A stretch of 27,653 nt of DNA from an uncultured Thermus sp. (GCA_947085095.1 CAMTVD010000033.1:1-27653); one strand, 5' to 3'; counted from the stretch's first letter, positions 18,742-27,511 are shown. A program made the numbers and translations. Notes: generated by a model not told the origin, from the sequence alone.

Positions 18742-19675
18742 AAAGCCCATCCTAGAGCTGGAAAAGCGCATCCAGGACCTCAGGGAAACCGCCAGGAGCA
18801 CGGGGGTGGACCTCGAGGCGGAGATCCGCCTCCTGGAGGAGCGCCTTCAGCGCCTCAAGCGGGAAACCTACGGGAACCTCACCCCCTGGCAGCGGGTGCA
18901 GCTGGCCCGGGCCTCCGGAAGGCCCACCACCCTGGATGTCCTGGAGAAGGCCTTCCAGGACTTTTTGGAGCTCCATGGGGACCGGGCCTTCGCCGACGAC
19001 CCCGCCATCGTGGGGGGGCTCGCCTACCTGGAGGGCCAGAAGGTGGTGGTGGTGGGGCACCAGAAGGGCCGGGACACCAAGGAAAACCTAAGGCGCAACT
19101 TCGGCATGCCCCACCCCGAGGGGTACCGCAAGGCCATGCGCCTCATGGACCTGGCGGACCGCTTCGGCTACCCCTTCTTGACTTTTATTGACACCCCAGG
19201 GGCCTACCCGGGGGTTTCCGCCGAGGAGCGGGGCCAGGCCTGGGTCATCGCCCAGAGCATCCAGCGGATGAGCCGCCTCCGGGTGCCCGCCATCGCCCTG
19301 ATCCTGGGGGAGGGGGGGAGCGGGGGGGCCTTGGCCATCGCCGTGGCCAACCGGGTCCTCATCATGGAAAACGCCTGGTACTCGGTGATCAGCCCCGAGT
19401 CCTGCGCCGCCATCCTCTGGCGGGATGCCAAGGAGGCCCCCAGGGCCGCCGAGGCCCTCAAGCTCACCGCCAAGGACCTCCTGGAACTTAGGGTGGTGGA
19501 CGGCATCGTCCCCGAGCCCGAGGGCGGGGCCCACAAGGACCCGGAGGCCGCCATCAGGAACATCAAGGAGGTCCTTCTCAAGACCCTGGAGGAGCTTAAG
19601 GGTCTATCCCCCGAGGCCCTCTACCAGGACCGCTACCGCCGCTTCCGCGCTCTAGGAGCCTTCGCCGAGCCTTAA
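18725..19675 (+). CDS. accA: Acetyl-CoA carboxylase carboxyltransferase alpha subunit
   Basis: [52 protein letters not shown]. Confidence 0.97.
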   Translation: MALEFEKPILELEKRIQDLRETARSTGVDLEAEIRLLEERLQRLKRETYGNLTPWQRVQLARASGRPTTLDVLEKAFQDFLELHGDRAFADDPAIVGGLAYLEGQKVVVVGHQKGRDTKENLRRNFGMPHPEGYRKAMRLMDLADRFGYPFLTFIDTPGAYPGVSAEERGQAWVIAQSIQRMSRLRVPAIALILGEGGSGGALAIAVANRVLIMENAWYSVISPESCAAILWRDAKEAPRAAEALKLTAKDLLELRVVDGIVPEPEGGAHKDPEAAIRNIKEVLLKTLEELKGLSPEALYQDRYRRFRALGAFAEP

Positions 19676-19743
19676 GGTTCCTTGGTCCTTTTCCCTCATG
19701 GTTTTCACACCCAGGCTTTAGCCTAGGGGTGGAGGTGAGGGAT

Positions 19744-21360
19744 ATGCGGAAGCTCCTTTGGGCGGCGGTGGGCCTGGGAATGGCCCTGGCCCAGCAGATA
19801 GACCCCCAGGGCATCATCATCAACCCGGTGCCCACGGACCTGCAGGTGAAGGTGTGGGTGGACAAGGACCCGGGCAAGCGAGGAAACGCCCTCTACCAGA
19901 TCGGCGAGCCCATCTACATCTACGTGAGCGTCAACCAGGACGCTTTCGTCTACCTCTTCAACATCAACGCCGACGGGCGCATTGACCCCATCCTGCCTAA
20001 CGCTTACGAGCGGGATAACTTCCTCAGGGCGGGGGAGACCCGGCGCTACCCCCCGGCGGGGGCCCGCTACCGCTACACCATAACGGGCCCGGAAGGGGAG
20101 GACCGCATCCTGGCGGTGGCCAGCAAGCGCCCCCTCTCGCTCCAGGAGATCCTGGACGTGGAGGGGAACCGGGTGAGGGTCCAGGGGGCCGAGGGGCTGG
20201 CCCGGGCCCTTTCCATTGTGATAGAGCCCTTGCCCCCTAGGGACTGGGTCACGGACGTGGCCCGCTACTACGTGGGCCGCATCACCGCCCCGCCCCCCAC
20301 CCCGGCCCAGGCCACTTTGGTGGTGGACTCGAGGCCCACCGGGGCCGAGGTCTACCTGAATGGCCGCCTGCAGGGCCGCACCCCCCTTACCCTCTCCGTG
20401 AACCCCGGGCGGCACGAGGTGGAGCTCAGGCTTTCTGGCTACCAGCCCTACCGGGTCACGGTGAACCCCAGGCCCGGGGAAAGGGTCCAGGTCTTCGCCC
20501 AGCTGGTTCCGGAAGCCAGGCAGGGCGCTTTAAGCGTGGCCTCCACTCCCTCGGGGGCCGAGGTCTACGTGGACGGGGTCCTCAGGGGCCGCACCCCCCT
20601 CTCCCTGGCCCTTCCCGAGGGGCGGTACACGGTGGAGCTCCGTCTCGCCGACCATGAGCCCTACAGGACCGCAGTCCAGGTGCGCCGTGGGGAGACCACC
20701 CGGCTCGAGGTCCGCCTCAACCCCGTTCCCCGCACGGGCACCCTCTTCCTGGAGTCCACTCCCTCGGGGGCCGAGGTCTACCTGGAGGGCCGCCTCCAGG
20801 GCCGTACCCCCTTGCGCCTCACCCTGAACGAGGGCACCTACCGGGTGGAGCTCCGCCTTCCTGGCTACGAGCTCTACCAGGCCACGGTCCGGGTGGAGCG
20901 GGGCCGGGAGACGAGGCTATCCGCCAGCCTGAGGCCCCTCCGCACCGGGGAGCTCTACCTGGAGGCCAGGCCCGAGGGGGCGGAGGTCTACATAGACGGC
21001 CGCCTGGTGGGCCGGGCCCCCCTTAGGGTGAGCCTCGAGGCGGGCCTAAGGGAGGTGCGGGTGGTGGCCCCCGGGTACGGGGAGTACCGGGCCGCCCTGG
21101 AGGTGCGCCCCGGGGAGAGCGTGCGCCTTCTGGTGGAGCTCGTCCCGGTGCGGGCCATCCTGGAGCTCTACCTGAACGTGGAGGCCCGGGTCTTCCTGGA
21201 CGGCCAGGAGGTGGGGGTGGCCAAGGGCGGGTACCTGCGCCTGGAGGCCCCCTTCGGGGAACGGGAACTCACCCTGGTGGCCCCTGGCTACCGCACCCTG
21301 GTCCAGACCCTCCGGGTCACCGGCAACCAGGTGCTGAGGCTGGAGCTTAGGCCCCTCTAG
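19744..21360 (+). CDS. Secreted DUF4384 + PEGA-repeat envelope/S-layer-associated protein
   Basis: Signal peptide MRKLLWAAVGLGMALA; YQIGEPIYIYVSVNQDAFVYLFNI (DUF4384-like); 4-5 repeats of S/AxPxGAEVYxxG...GRTP; GGAGGTGAGG RBS. Confidence 0.85.
   Translation: MRKLLWAAVGLGMALAQQIDPQGIIINPVPTDLQVKVWVDKDPGKRGNALYQIGEPIYIYVSVNQDAFVYLFNINADGRIDPILPNAYERDNFLRAGETRRYPPAGARYRYTITGPEGEDRILAVASKRPLSLQEILDVEGNRVRVQGAEGLARALSIVIEPLPPRDWVTDVARYYVGRITAPPPTPAQATLVVDSRPTGAEVYLNGRLQGRTPLTLSVNPGRHEVELRLSGYQPYRVTVNPRPGERVQVFAQLVPEARQGALSVASTPSGAEVYVDGVLRGRTPLSLALPEGRYTVELRLADHEPYRTAVQVRRGETTRLEVRLNPVPRTGTLFLESTPSGAEVYLEGRLQGRTPLRLTLNEGTYRVELRLPGYELYQATVRVERGRETRLSASLRPLRTGELYLEARPEGAEVYIDGRLVGRAPLRVSLEAGLREVRVVAPGYGEYRAALEVRPGESVRLLVELVPVRAILELYLNVEARVFLDGQEVGVAKGGYLRLEAPFGERELTLVAPGYRTLVQTLRVTGNQVLRLELRPL
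20313..21357 (+). repeat. Four to five ~70-aa PEGA repeats (boundaries approximate)
   Basis: Repeated GAEVY...GRTPL motifs; an identical 27-mer at 20542-20568 and 20755-20781. Confidence 0.85.
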
Positions 21361-21371
21361 GGCTACCCCAT

Positions 21372-21402
21372 AAAAGCCCCCGGCCCCTAGGGGCCGGGGT
21401 TT
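21372..21402. terminator. Bidirectional intrinsic terminator
   Basis: AAAAG-C-CCCCGGCCC-CTAG-GGGCCGGGG-TTT between convergent genes; loop contains the SdpI-like gene stop. Confidence 0.75.
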
Positions 21403-22025
21403 CGCCTTCGCCAGGCTCGGTAGGCGAAGAGCACCAGGTCAAGGCTTCCCAGGGCCAAGGCCAAGGCCCAAAGCCAGAAGGGGAGCCAGCCCAAGGCCAC
21501 TCCCAGGGCCAGGAAGCCCAAGAGGCCGAAGACCGCCCCCGCCCGCAGATGGGTGGCCCGCCATACCCCGGGGTCCTCGAGGGTCCAGGGGGTGCGCACC
21601 CCGGCCAGGTAGTTGGGGGGAAGGCGGGGAAGGAGAAGGGCCAGGCCCAGGAAAAGGAAGGCCAAGAACCCCAAGATGGCACGCTCCACGGGGACGGGCG
21701 CACCAAGGAGGTGCCGCCAGGTGGCGTAGAGGATGGCCCCCTGTAAAAGGGCGAAGGTCCACACCACCAGGGCCTCGAGCCAGGGCCAGACCCCAGGGGT
21801 CTGCCCCCGGAGCTTGGGGTCTATGCGGGGGGCCAGGTGGAGGAGGGGGTAGATGAGGAGGGTCAGGAGGAGGGGGAGGAGAAAGACCTCCTCCCGGGCT
21901 CCGTAGCGATCCACCTCCCCCTGGAGGTTCCAGTGGGCGGGGATCCTTTTTGGGAGCTGGAAGTAGGCGAACAAGGTGAAGGCCCAGGTGAGGAGGAGGC
22001 CCAAGGGGGCAAGCCACCGAGCCAC
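21387..22025 (-). CDS. DUF1648 + SdpI/YfhL-family membrane protein
   Basis: LPKRIPAHWNLQGEVDRYG, PNYLAGVRTPWTLEDPGVWRATH; GTG at 22025. Confidence 0.88.
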   Translation of the reverse strand: MARWLAPLGLLLTWAFTLFAYFQLPKRIPAHWNLQGEVDRYGAREEVFLLPLLLTLLIYPLLHLAPRIDPKLRGQTPGVWPWLEALVVWTFALLQGAILYATWRHLLGAPVPVERAILGFLAFLFLGLALLLPRLPPNYLAGVRTPWTLEDPGVWRATHLRAGAVFGLLGFLALGVALGWLPFWLWALALALGSLDLVLFAYRAWRRRNPGP

Positions 22026-22032
22026 GGGGATA

Positions 22033-22042
22033 AGGATAGCAT
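22033..22042. promoter_or_regulatory. Overlapping divergent -10 boxes (TGcTATCCT on -, TAGCAT on +)
   Basis: Each box is 7 nt from a start codon (GTG 22025, ATG 22050). Confidence 0.6.
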
Positions 22043-22049
22043 AGGGGTT

Positions 22050-22742
22050 ATGGAGGCCGTTGTCTTGGCTGGGGGCGAAGAGGCCTGGGCGAGGAAGCAC
22101 GGGGTGAGGAGCAAGGCCCTCGTCCCCTACCGGGGCAGGCCCATGGCGGAGTGGGTGCTGGAGGCCCTGAAGGGGGCGGGCCTTTCCGCGGTCTACGTGG
22201 GGGAGAACCCCGGGCTCTTCCCGGCTCCCAGGCTTACCCTTCCCGACCAGGGGAGCCTCCTCGCCAACCTCGAGGCCGCCCTGGCCCACGTGGAGGGCCG
22301 GGTCCTGGTGGCCACCGCCGACATCCCCCACCTGACCCCGGAGGCGGTGCGCTTCGTTTTGGATAACGCCCCAGAGGCGGCCTTGGTCTACCCCATCGTG
22401 CCCAAGGAGGCGGTGGAGGCCCGCTTTCCCGGAAACCGCCGCACCTACGCCCGGCTCAGGGAGGGCACCTTCACCGGGGGAAACCTCCTCCTCCTGGACA
22501 AGGCCCTCTTCTTCCAGGCTCTGCCCTTGGCCAGGAAGGTGGTGGCCCTGAGAAAGAGACCCCTCTCCCTGGCCCGGCTCATCGGGCTGGACGTCCTTTT
22601 TAAGCTCCTTCTGGGCAAGCTCTCCATAGGGGAGCTGGAGGCCCGGGCGAAGCGGATCCTGGGGGTGGAGGCCCGGGCCCTCATCACCCCCTACCCCGAG
22701 GTGGGGGTGGATGTGGACCGGGAGGCGGACCTGGTAAGCTAG
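22050..22742 (+). CDS. MobA-like NTP transferase domain protein
   Basis: AVVLAGG...SKALVPYRGRPM, TADIP, DVD. Confidence 0.85.
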   Translation: MEAVVLAGGEEAWARKHGVRSKALVPYRGRPMAEWVLEALKGAGLSAVYVGENPGLFPAPRLTLPDQGSLLANLEAALAHVEGRVLVATADIPHLTPEAVRFVLDNAPEAALVYPIVPKEAVEARFPGNRRTYARLREGTFTGGNLLLLDKALFFQALPLARKVVALRKRPLSLARLIGLDVLFKLLLGKLSIGELEARAKRILGVEARALITPYPEVGVDVDREADLVS

Positions 22743-22746
22743 GCCC

Positions 22747-23283
22747 ATGCGCACGGTAAAGGAACTCCGCCTGGCGGGGCTATTCGCCTACTTGGCGGCC
22801 CTGGTCTTGGCCCTCCTCTTCTCCTACCTGGTCCACACCCTGCTGGGGGGTGGGGGACGGCTGGGATGGGGGGCCTTCAACGTTTTTGGGCTCCTGGAGG
22901 GGCTGGCCTTCGTCCTCTTCTTCACCTTTGTTCTCTACGTGGCCAAGAAGGCGGTGCGGGTGCCCTGCACCACCCTGCTCACCGCGGGGCTTTTCGGCCC
23001 CACCCCCGCTCGCCGCCTGGCCCGGCCCCTGCCCCGGGTGGAGGCCCTCGAGGCCTACGAGGGCCGGGGGGTGGCCCTTCTGGAGCAGGAGGGGAGGCCG
23101 GTGGGGCTTCTGGGCCTCTCCGACCAGATTCTTCCCCTGGAGGAGGTTCAGAGCGTGGAGGCGGAGGTGGCGGTGAGCGAGCTCTACCCCCTCTTTTTCC
23201 GTCAGCCCCTGGTGCTGGTGGTGCGGGGAGAGGAGGTCTTGGGGGCCATCTTCCGCGAGGCCTTCTACCGCCAGGCCTCTTGA
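22747..23283 (+). CDS. Hypothetical membrane protein (2 TM plus possible degenerate CBS-like region)
   Basis: Two hydrophobic helices; EGRPVGLL and VLVVRGEEVLGAIFRE resemble CBS strands. Confidence 0.7.
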   Translation: MRTVKELRLAGLFAYLAALVLALLFSYLVHTLLGGGGRLGWGAFNVFGLLEGLAFVLFFTFVLYVAKKAVRVPCTTLLTAGLFGPTPARRLARPLPRVEALEAYEGRGVALLEQEGRPVGLLGLSDQILPLEEVQSVEAEVAVSELYPLFFRQPLVLVVRGEEVLGAIFREAFYRQAS

Positions 23284-23306
23284 CAAGGGGCCTCCTGGCC
23301 TAAAAT
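23280..23306 (+). promoter_or_regulatory. Putative promoter for ferredoxin (the -35 contains the upstream stop TGA)
   Basis: TTGACA-15 nt-TAAAAT; spacer is short. Confidence 0.5.
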
Positions 23307-23336
23307 AGGGGGGAGCGGTCGCTCGGGAGGTGAAGG

Positions 23337-23576
23337 ATGCCGCACGTGATCTGTGAGCCCTGCATCGGCGTGAAGGACCAGTCCTGCGTGGAGGTCTGCC
23401 CCGTGGAGTGCATCTACGATGGGGGGGACCAGTTCTACATCCACCCGGAGGAGTGCATTGACTGCGGGGCCTGTGTGCCCGCCTGTCCCGTGAACGCCAT
23501 CTTCCCTGAGGAAGACGTTCCCGAACAGTGGAAGTCCTACATTGAGAAGAACCGCAAGCTCTCCGGCCTAGAGTAA
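23337..23576 (+). CDS. fdx: Seven-iron ([3Fe-4S][4Fe-4S]) ferredoxin
   Basis: CEPCIGVKDQSCVEVCPVECI and CIDCGACVPACP; GGAGGTGA RBS. Confidence 0.95.
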   Translation: MPHVICEPCIGVKDQSCVEVCPVECIYDGGDQFYIHPEECIDCGACVPACPVNAIFPEEDVPEQWKSYIEKNRKLSGLE

Positions 23577-24077
23577 GGCTTCCGCGGGCTCCGCCCCCAG
23601 ACGGCGCACGTACCAGCTCAGGGCGGGGCCCCCGTCTTTCACGTGGCGGAAGCCCTCCTTGCGGAAGAAGTCCTTGGCCCGGGAGTTGTTGCCGTAGACG
23701 ACGGCGTAAAGCCGTTCCACTCCCGTCAAGTGGTCCATCAGGTGGCGCAGGGCCCTCTGCCCAAGCCCCTGGCCCTGGTGGTCCTCGCGGATCAAGAGGA
23801 GGCTTAGGGTGGCGTCCCTTTCCTCGGGGTAGTGGAGCTTGTAGTCCAGGTAGCCCACGGCCTCTCTATACTCCCTTTCCAGAAAGAGGAGGAAGGCCCG
23901 GCGGCGGGGGTCCTCCCCCAGGGTGTGGAGGTCCCGGACCACGTCCTCTAGGGTGGGGGGTTCCATGCCGATCAGGGCGAAATAGCCAGGGCTCCGAAGG
24001 AAAAGCCTGTGCAGCAGGGGGGCGTCCTCGAGGCGCACCGGGCGCAGGGTGAGGCTGAGGGTCCGCATCGCCTCCAT
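23568..24077 (-). CDS. GNAT-family acetyltransferase
   Basis: LLLIREDHQGQGLG, NSRAKDFFRKEGF. Confidence 0.88.
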   Translation of the reverse strand: MEAMRTLSLTLRPVRLEDAPLLHRLFLRSPGYFALIGMEPPTLEDVVRDLHTLGEDPRRRAFLLFLEREYREAVGYLDYKLHYPEERDATLSLLLIREDHQGQGLGQRALRHLMDHLTGVERLYAVVYGNNSRAKDFFRKEGFRHVKDGGPALSWYVRRLGAEPAEALL

Positions 24078-24114
24078 GCTATCCTCCCTTCCCTGAGAAG
24101 GGGGTGAAGGAAGA

Positions 24115-24138
24115 CCGCCCCGGGTTTCCCCGGGGCGG
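24115..24138 (-). terminator. Hairpin downstream of csp
   Basis: CCGCCCCGGG-TTTC-CCCGGGGCGG (GAAA loop on the minus strand). Confidence 0.7.
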
Positions 24139-24151
24139 CCCTTTTGGTCCC

Positions 24152-24373
24152 TTACCTGCGGGCTGGCTCCACCACGGTGACGTTCACCGCCTGGGGCCCC
24201 TTGCCGTTTTTGCCCGGCTCCACGTCAAAGGTGACGATATCCCCTTCGTTCAGGGTGCGGAACCCCTTGGCGTTGATGGCGCTGAAGTGGACGAACACGT
24301 CGGTGTCGCCCTCGCGCTCAATGAAGCCGTAGCCCTTCTCCGCGTTGAACCACTTGACCCGACCCTTCTGCAT
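24152..24373 (-). CDS. Cold-shock domain protein, 73 aa
   Basis: [15 protein letters not shown] (RNP1), DVFVHFSAI (RNP2); AAGGAG SD. Confidence 0.96.
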   Translation of the reverse strand: MQKGRVKWFNAEKGYGFIEREGDTDVFVHFSAINAKGFRTLNEGDIVTFDVEPGKNGKGPQAVNVTVVEPARR

Positions 24374-24468
24374 ACTGCTCCTTCTTCTTCCGAGCACCCG
24401 CTCGTATCCGGGCCCTTAGGGGTTGCTTTAGACCCGTGGGGCCACCCTAAAGCCACCCGGAATGCCTC

Positions 24469-24497
24469 AATATACCACGAGGGAGCTATTTGCGGAA
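24469..24497 (-). promoter_or_regulatory. csp promoter
   Basis: TTCCGC-17 nt-TATATT with extended TG on the minus strand. Confidence 0.6.
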
Positions 24498-25529
24498 GAA
24501 CCCTTTGAGCCTTTCCCAAACGCCCTCGGGGGCCACGGCCTCCCCCATCTCCTCCGCGTAGGCCCTGAGGAGCTCCTTGGCCTTCGGGGAGAGCCTTTTG
24601 GGCACGGCAAGCTCCACCTCCACCCGCAAGGCTCCTCGCCCCCCGGGGTGGGGGAGACCCTCCCCCGGAAGCTCAAACACCTCTCCATGCCCCGTCCCCG
24701 GGGGGATGTCCAAGGGAATGGGGCCTCTGAGCCCCGGCACCTCCACCCGGGTGCCCAGGGCCGCCTGGGCCAGGCCTATTTTTAGGCGGTAGACCAGGTC
24801 CGCCCCCTGGCGCTCCAGGTGGGGGTGGGGCTTCACCCGAAGGCGCACGTAGAGGTCCCCAGGACCGCCAGGCCCCAGGTTGCCGTACCCGGGGACCCGG
24901 AGGAGCTGCCCTTCGTCCATGCCCGGGGGGATTCTCACCCGCACCCTTTCTTCCCGGGGGAGGCGGCCCCGGCCCCGGCAATGGGCGCAGGCCTCGGTCA
25001 GGAGTTGGCCCTGGCCCTTGCAGTGGGGGCAGGTGGAGCGGCTTACGAAGGTGCCGAAGATGCCCCTTTGGTAGCTTTCCACCGCCCCCCTTCCGCCGCA
25101 GGTGGGGCAGGCCACCCGCCTTCCCCCCTGGCCCCCACAGGCCTCGCAGGGCACCAAGCGGGTGTAGGCCACCTCCACCTCCTTGCCTTCCAGGAGGTCC
25201 GTGAGTTCCACCTCCACCAGGGCCTCGAGGTCCTCCCCCCGGGGGGGCACGCGGCCTGAACGGAAGCCGAAGACCTGGGCGAAGAGGTCAAAGAGGTCCT
25301 CCGCCTTGAAGCCCGCTTCCCCCAGAAGCCCACGGTCGTACTGGGCCCGCTTCTCCGGGTCGGAGAGGACGGCGTAGGCCTCGTTGATGGCCTTGAAGCG
25401 CTCCTCGGCGTCCTTGTCCCCCGGGTTGCGGTCGGGGTGGTACTTTAGGGCCAGCTGGCGGTAGGCCTTTTTGATCTCCTCCTGGGTGGCCTCCCGGTCC
25501 ACCCCCAGGATGGCGTAGTAGTCCTTCAT
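24486..25529 (-). CDS. dnaJ: Molecular chaperone DnaJ, zinc-finger (class A) type
   Basis: J-domain with HPD; four CxxCxGxG repeats; GDLYV; short G/F region. Confidence 0.95.
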   Translation of the reverse strand: MKDYYAILGVDREATQEEIKKAYRQLALKYHPDRNPGDKDAEERFKAINEAYAVLSDPEKRAQYDRGLLGEAGFKAEDLFDLFAQVFGFRSGRVPPRGEDLEALVEVELTDLLEGKEVEVAYTRLVPCEACGGQGGRRVACPTCGGRGAVESYQRGIFGTFVSRSTCPHCKGQGQLLTEACAHCRGRGRLPREERVRVRIPPGMDEGQLLRVPGYGNLGPGGPGDLYVRLRVKPHPHLERQGADLVYRLKIGLAQAALGTRVEVPGLRGPIPLDIPPGTGHGEVFELPGEGLPHPGGRGALRVEVELAVPKRLSPKAKELLRAYAEEMGEAVAPEGVWERLKGFFRK

Positions 25530-25538
25530 CCACTTAGC

Positions 25539-25569
25539 ACTTTACAAGGGATGCCCCTTTTGCTAAAGT
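25539..25569. promoter_or_regulatory. Interlocked divergent promoters for dnaJ and the aminotransferase
   Basis: Plus: TTTACA(25541)-17-TAAAGT(25564) with TG extension. Minus: TTTAGC(25567)-17-TAAAGT(25544). Confidence 0.55.
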
Positions 25570-25674
25570 GCCGGGCAATGAGGCTCCCGCGAGCTATCCG
25601 GTAGGGGGCCCCTTCCCTCGGGAAGGGCCCCCCCGGGTCTGCCCGCGGGGGCCTAAGCTTTTGGGAGGCTTAGG

Positions 25675-26736
25675 ATGCTGCTTCTGACCCCTGGACCCAC
25701 CCCCATCCCCGAACGCGTGCAGAAGGCCCTCCTCCGCCCCATGCGCGGGCATCTGGACCCCGAGGTGCTGGCGGTCAACCGGGCCATCCAGGAGAGGCTA
25801 TGGGCCCTCTTTGACCCCGGAGAGGGCGCCTTCGTGGCGGCCTTGGCGGGCTCGGGGAGCCTGGGCATGGAGGCGGGCCTGGCCAACCTGGATCGGGGCC
25901 CGGTCTTGGTCCTGGTGAACGGGGCCTTTTCCCAGAGGGTGGCGGAGATGGCTGCCCTTCACGGCCTAAAGCCCACGGTCCTGGAGTTCCCCCCGGGGGA
26001 GGCCGTGGACCCCGAGGCGGTGGAGAGGGAGCTTAGGCGGAAGACCTACCGCATGGTGGCCCTGGTGCACGGGGAGACCTCCACCGGGGTCCTGAACCCC
26101 GCCCCCGCCATCGGGGCCCTGGCCCAGGAGGCCGGGGCCCTTTTCTTCCTGGATGCGGTGACCACCCTGGGGATGCTTCCCTTCTCCATGAAGAAAATGG
26201 GGGTGGACTACGCCTTCACCGGGAGCCAGAAGTGCCTCTCCGCCCCCCCGGGCCTGGCCCCCATCGCCCTGAGCCAGAGGGGGCGCAAGGCCTTCACCGC
26301 CAAGCGGGGCTGGTATCTGGACCTTTCCCGGGTGGCGGAGCACTGGGAGCGGGGCGGGTACCACCACACCACCCCCGTCCTCCTGCACTACGCCCTCCTC
26401 GAGGCCCTGGACCTGGCCCTGGAGGAGGGGATAGAGGCCAGGAAAAGGCGGGCGGAGGAGGTCTACGCCTGGCTTCTGGAGGAGCTTCGCCTTAGGGGCT
26501 TCCGCCCTTACCCCAAGGAAAGCCCCCTCCCCACCGTGCTGGTGGTGCGCCCCCCCGAGGGCGTGGAGGCGGACCGCCTGGTCAAGGCCCTTTACGGTGA
26601 GGGCGTCGTCGTGGCCGGGGGGATCGGCCCCACCCGGGGGCAGGTGCTCCGCCTGGGCCTCATGGGGGAGGGGGCCAGGAAAGCCCCCTACCAGGCCTTC
26701 CTGAAGGCCCTGGACCGGGTCCTGGCCTTAGCGTAG
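25675..26736 (+). CDS. Class V PLP aminotransferase (alanine--glyoxylate/serine--pyruvate type)
   Basis: [36 protein letters not shown] (PLP Lys), LRLGLMG. Confidence 0.93.
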   Translation: MLLLTPGPTPIPERVQKALLRPMRGHLDPEVLAVNRAIQERLWALFDPGEGAFVAALAGSGSLGMEAGLANLDRGPVLVLVNGAFSQRVAEMAALHGLKPTVLEFPPGEAVDPEAVERELRRKTYRMVALVHGETSTGVLNPAPAIGALAQEAGALFFLDAVTTLGMLPFSMKKMGVDYAFTGSQKCLSAPPGLAPIALSQRGRKAFTAKRGWYLDLSRVAEHWERGGYHHTTPVLLHYALLEALDLALEEGIEARKRRAEEVYAWLLEELRLRGFRPYPKESPLPTVLVVRPPEGVEADRLVKALYGEGVVVAGGIGPTRGQVLRLGLMGEGARKAPYQAFLKALDRVLALA

Positions 26737-27504
26737 GAAGAAGTAGGCGTAGACTAAGGCCAAGGCCATGCGGTAGTAGGCGAAGGGCCGGAAGCCGTAC
26801 CGCTCCACGAAGGCCAGCATCCAGCGCACGGTGAGGAGGGCGGTGATGAGGGCGGCGAAAAATCCCAAGAGAAGAAGCCCCCACCCCCCTTCCGGCACCG
26901 CCTCGGCGCTTTGGGTGAGATCGTAGCCCACCGCAACCAGCATGGTGGGGAGGGCCAGGAGGAAGCTGAACTCCGCCGCCGCCTTGCGCTTAAGGCCCAG
27001 AAGAAGCCCCCCCAGGATGGTGGCCCCGCTGCGGCTGGTGCCGGGAAAGAGGGCGGCTAGGCCCTGGAAGAAGCCGATCCAGACAGCGTGGAAGAGGGGA
27101 AGCTCCCTCACGTCTTCGTAGCGGGCCCTTTCCGCCAGGCGGTCGGCGAAGAGGAGGGCGAGGCCCACGAAAAAGAGGAAGAAGACCACGACCCCGTCCT
27201 TGCCCAGGATGACCCCCTTGATAAGGGGGTAGAAGAGGAAACCCATGAGGCCCGTGGGCACGAAGGCCACCCCGATGCGGAGCCAAAGCGCCCGGTCCAC
27301 CAAGAAGCGTTTCCCGTAAAGGAGGAGGATGGCCAGGATGGCCCCCAGCTGGATGGCGATGAGGAAGCTCTTCAAGAAAGCGTCCTCCTCAATGGGCAGG
27401 TCCAGCAGGTGGAAAAGCAGAGTCAGGTGGCCGGTGGAGGAGACGGGAAGAAACTCCGTGAGTCCCTCCGTGATCCCCAAGAGAAGGGCCTCCCAAGCGC
27501 TCAC
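26728..27504 (-). CDS. uppP: Undecaprenyl-diphosphate phosphatase (BacA); probable GTG start at 27504, alternatives 27513/27525
   Basis: [47 protein letters not shown]. Confidence 0.96.
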   Translation of the reverse strand: MSAWEALLLGITEGLTEFLPVSSTGHLTLLFHLLDLPIEEDAFLKSFLIAIQLGAILAILLLYGKRFLVDRALWLRIGVAFVPTGLMGFLFYPLIKGVILGKDGVVVFFLFFVGLALLFADRLAERARYEDVRELPLFHAVWIGFFQGLAALFPGTSRSGATILGGLLLGLKRKAAAEFSFLLALPTMLVAVGYDLTQSAEAVPEGGWGLLLLGFFAALITALLTVRWMLAFVERYGFRPFAYYRMALALVYAYFFLR

Positions 27505-27511
27505 GCGGCCC

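Noticed and set aside
20313..21357. CRISPR-like repeat array
   Set aside because: Repeats are in-frame coding PEGA domains with a ~210-bp period
22026..22754. 455-aa SdpI and 301-aa NTP-transferase ORFs overlapping each other
   Set aside because: Homologous regions begin at 22025(-) and 22050(+), matching the promoter geometry
25534..25566. Canonical CIRCE operator before dnaJ
   Set aside because: No GAGTGCTAA arm at 9-nt spacing; kept only as a low-interest degenerate site
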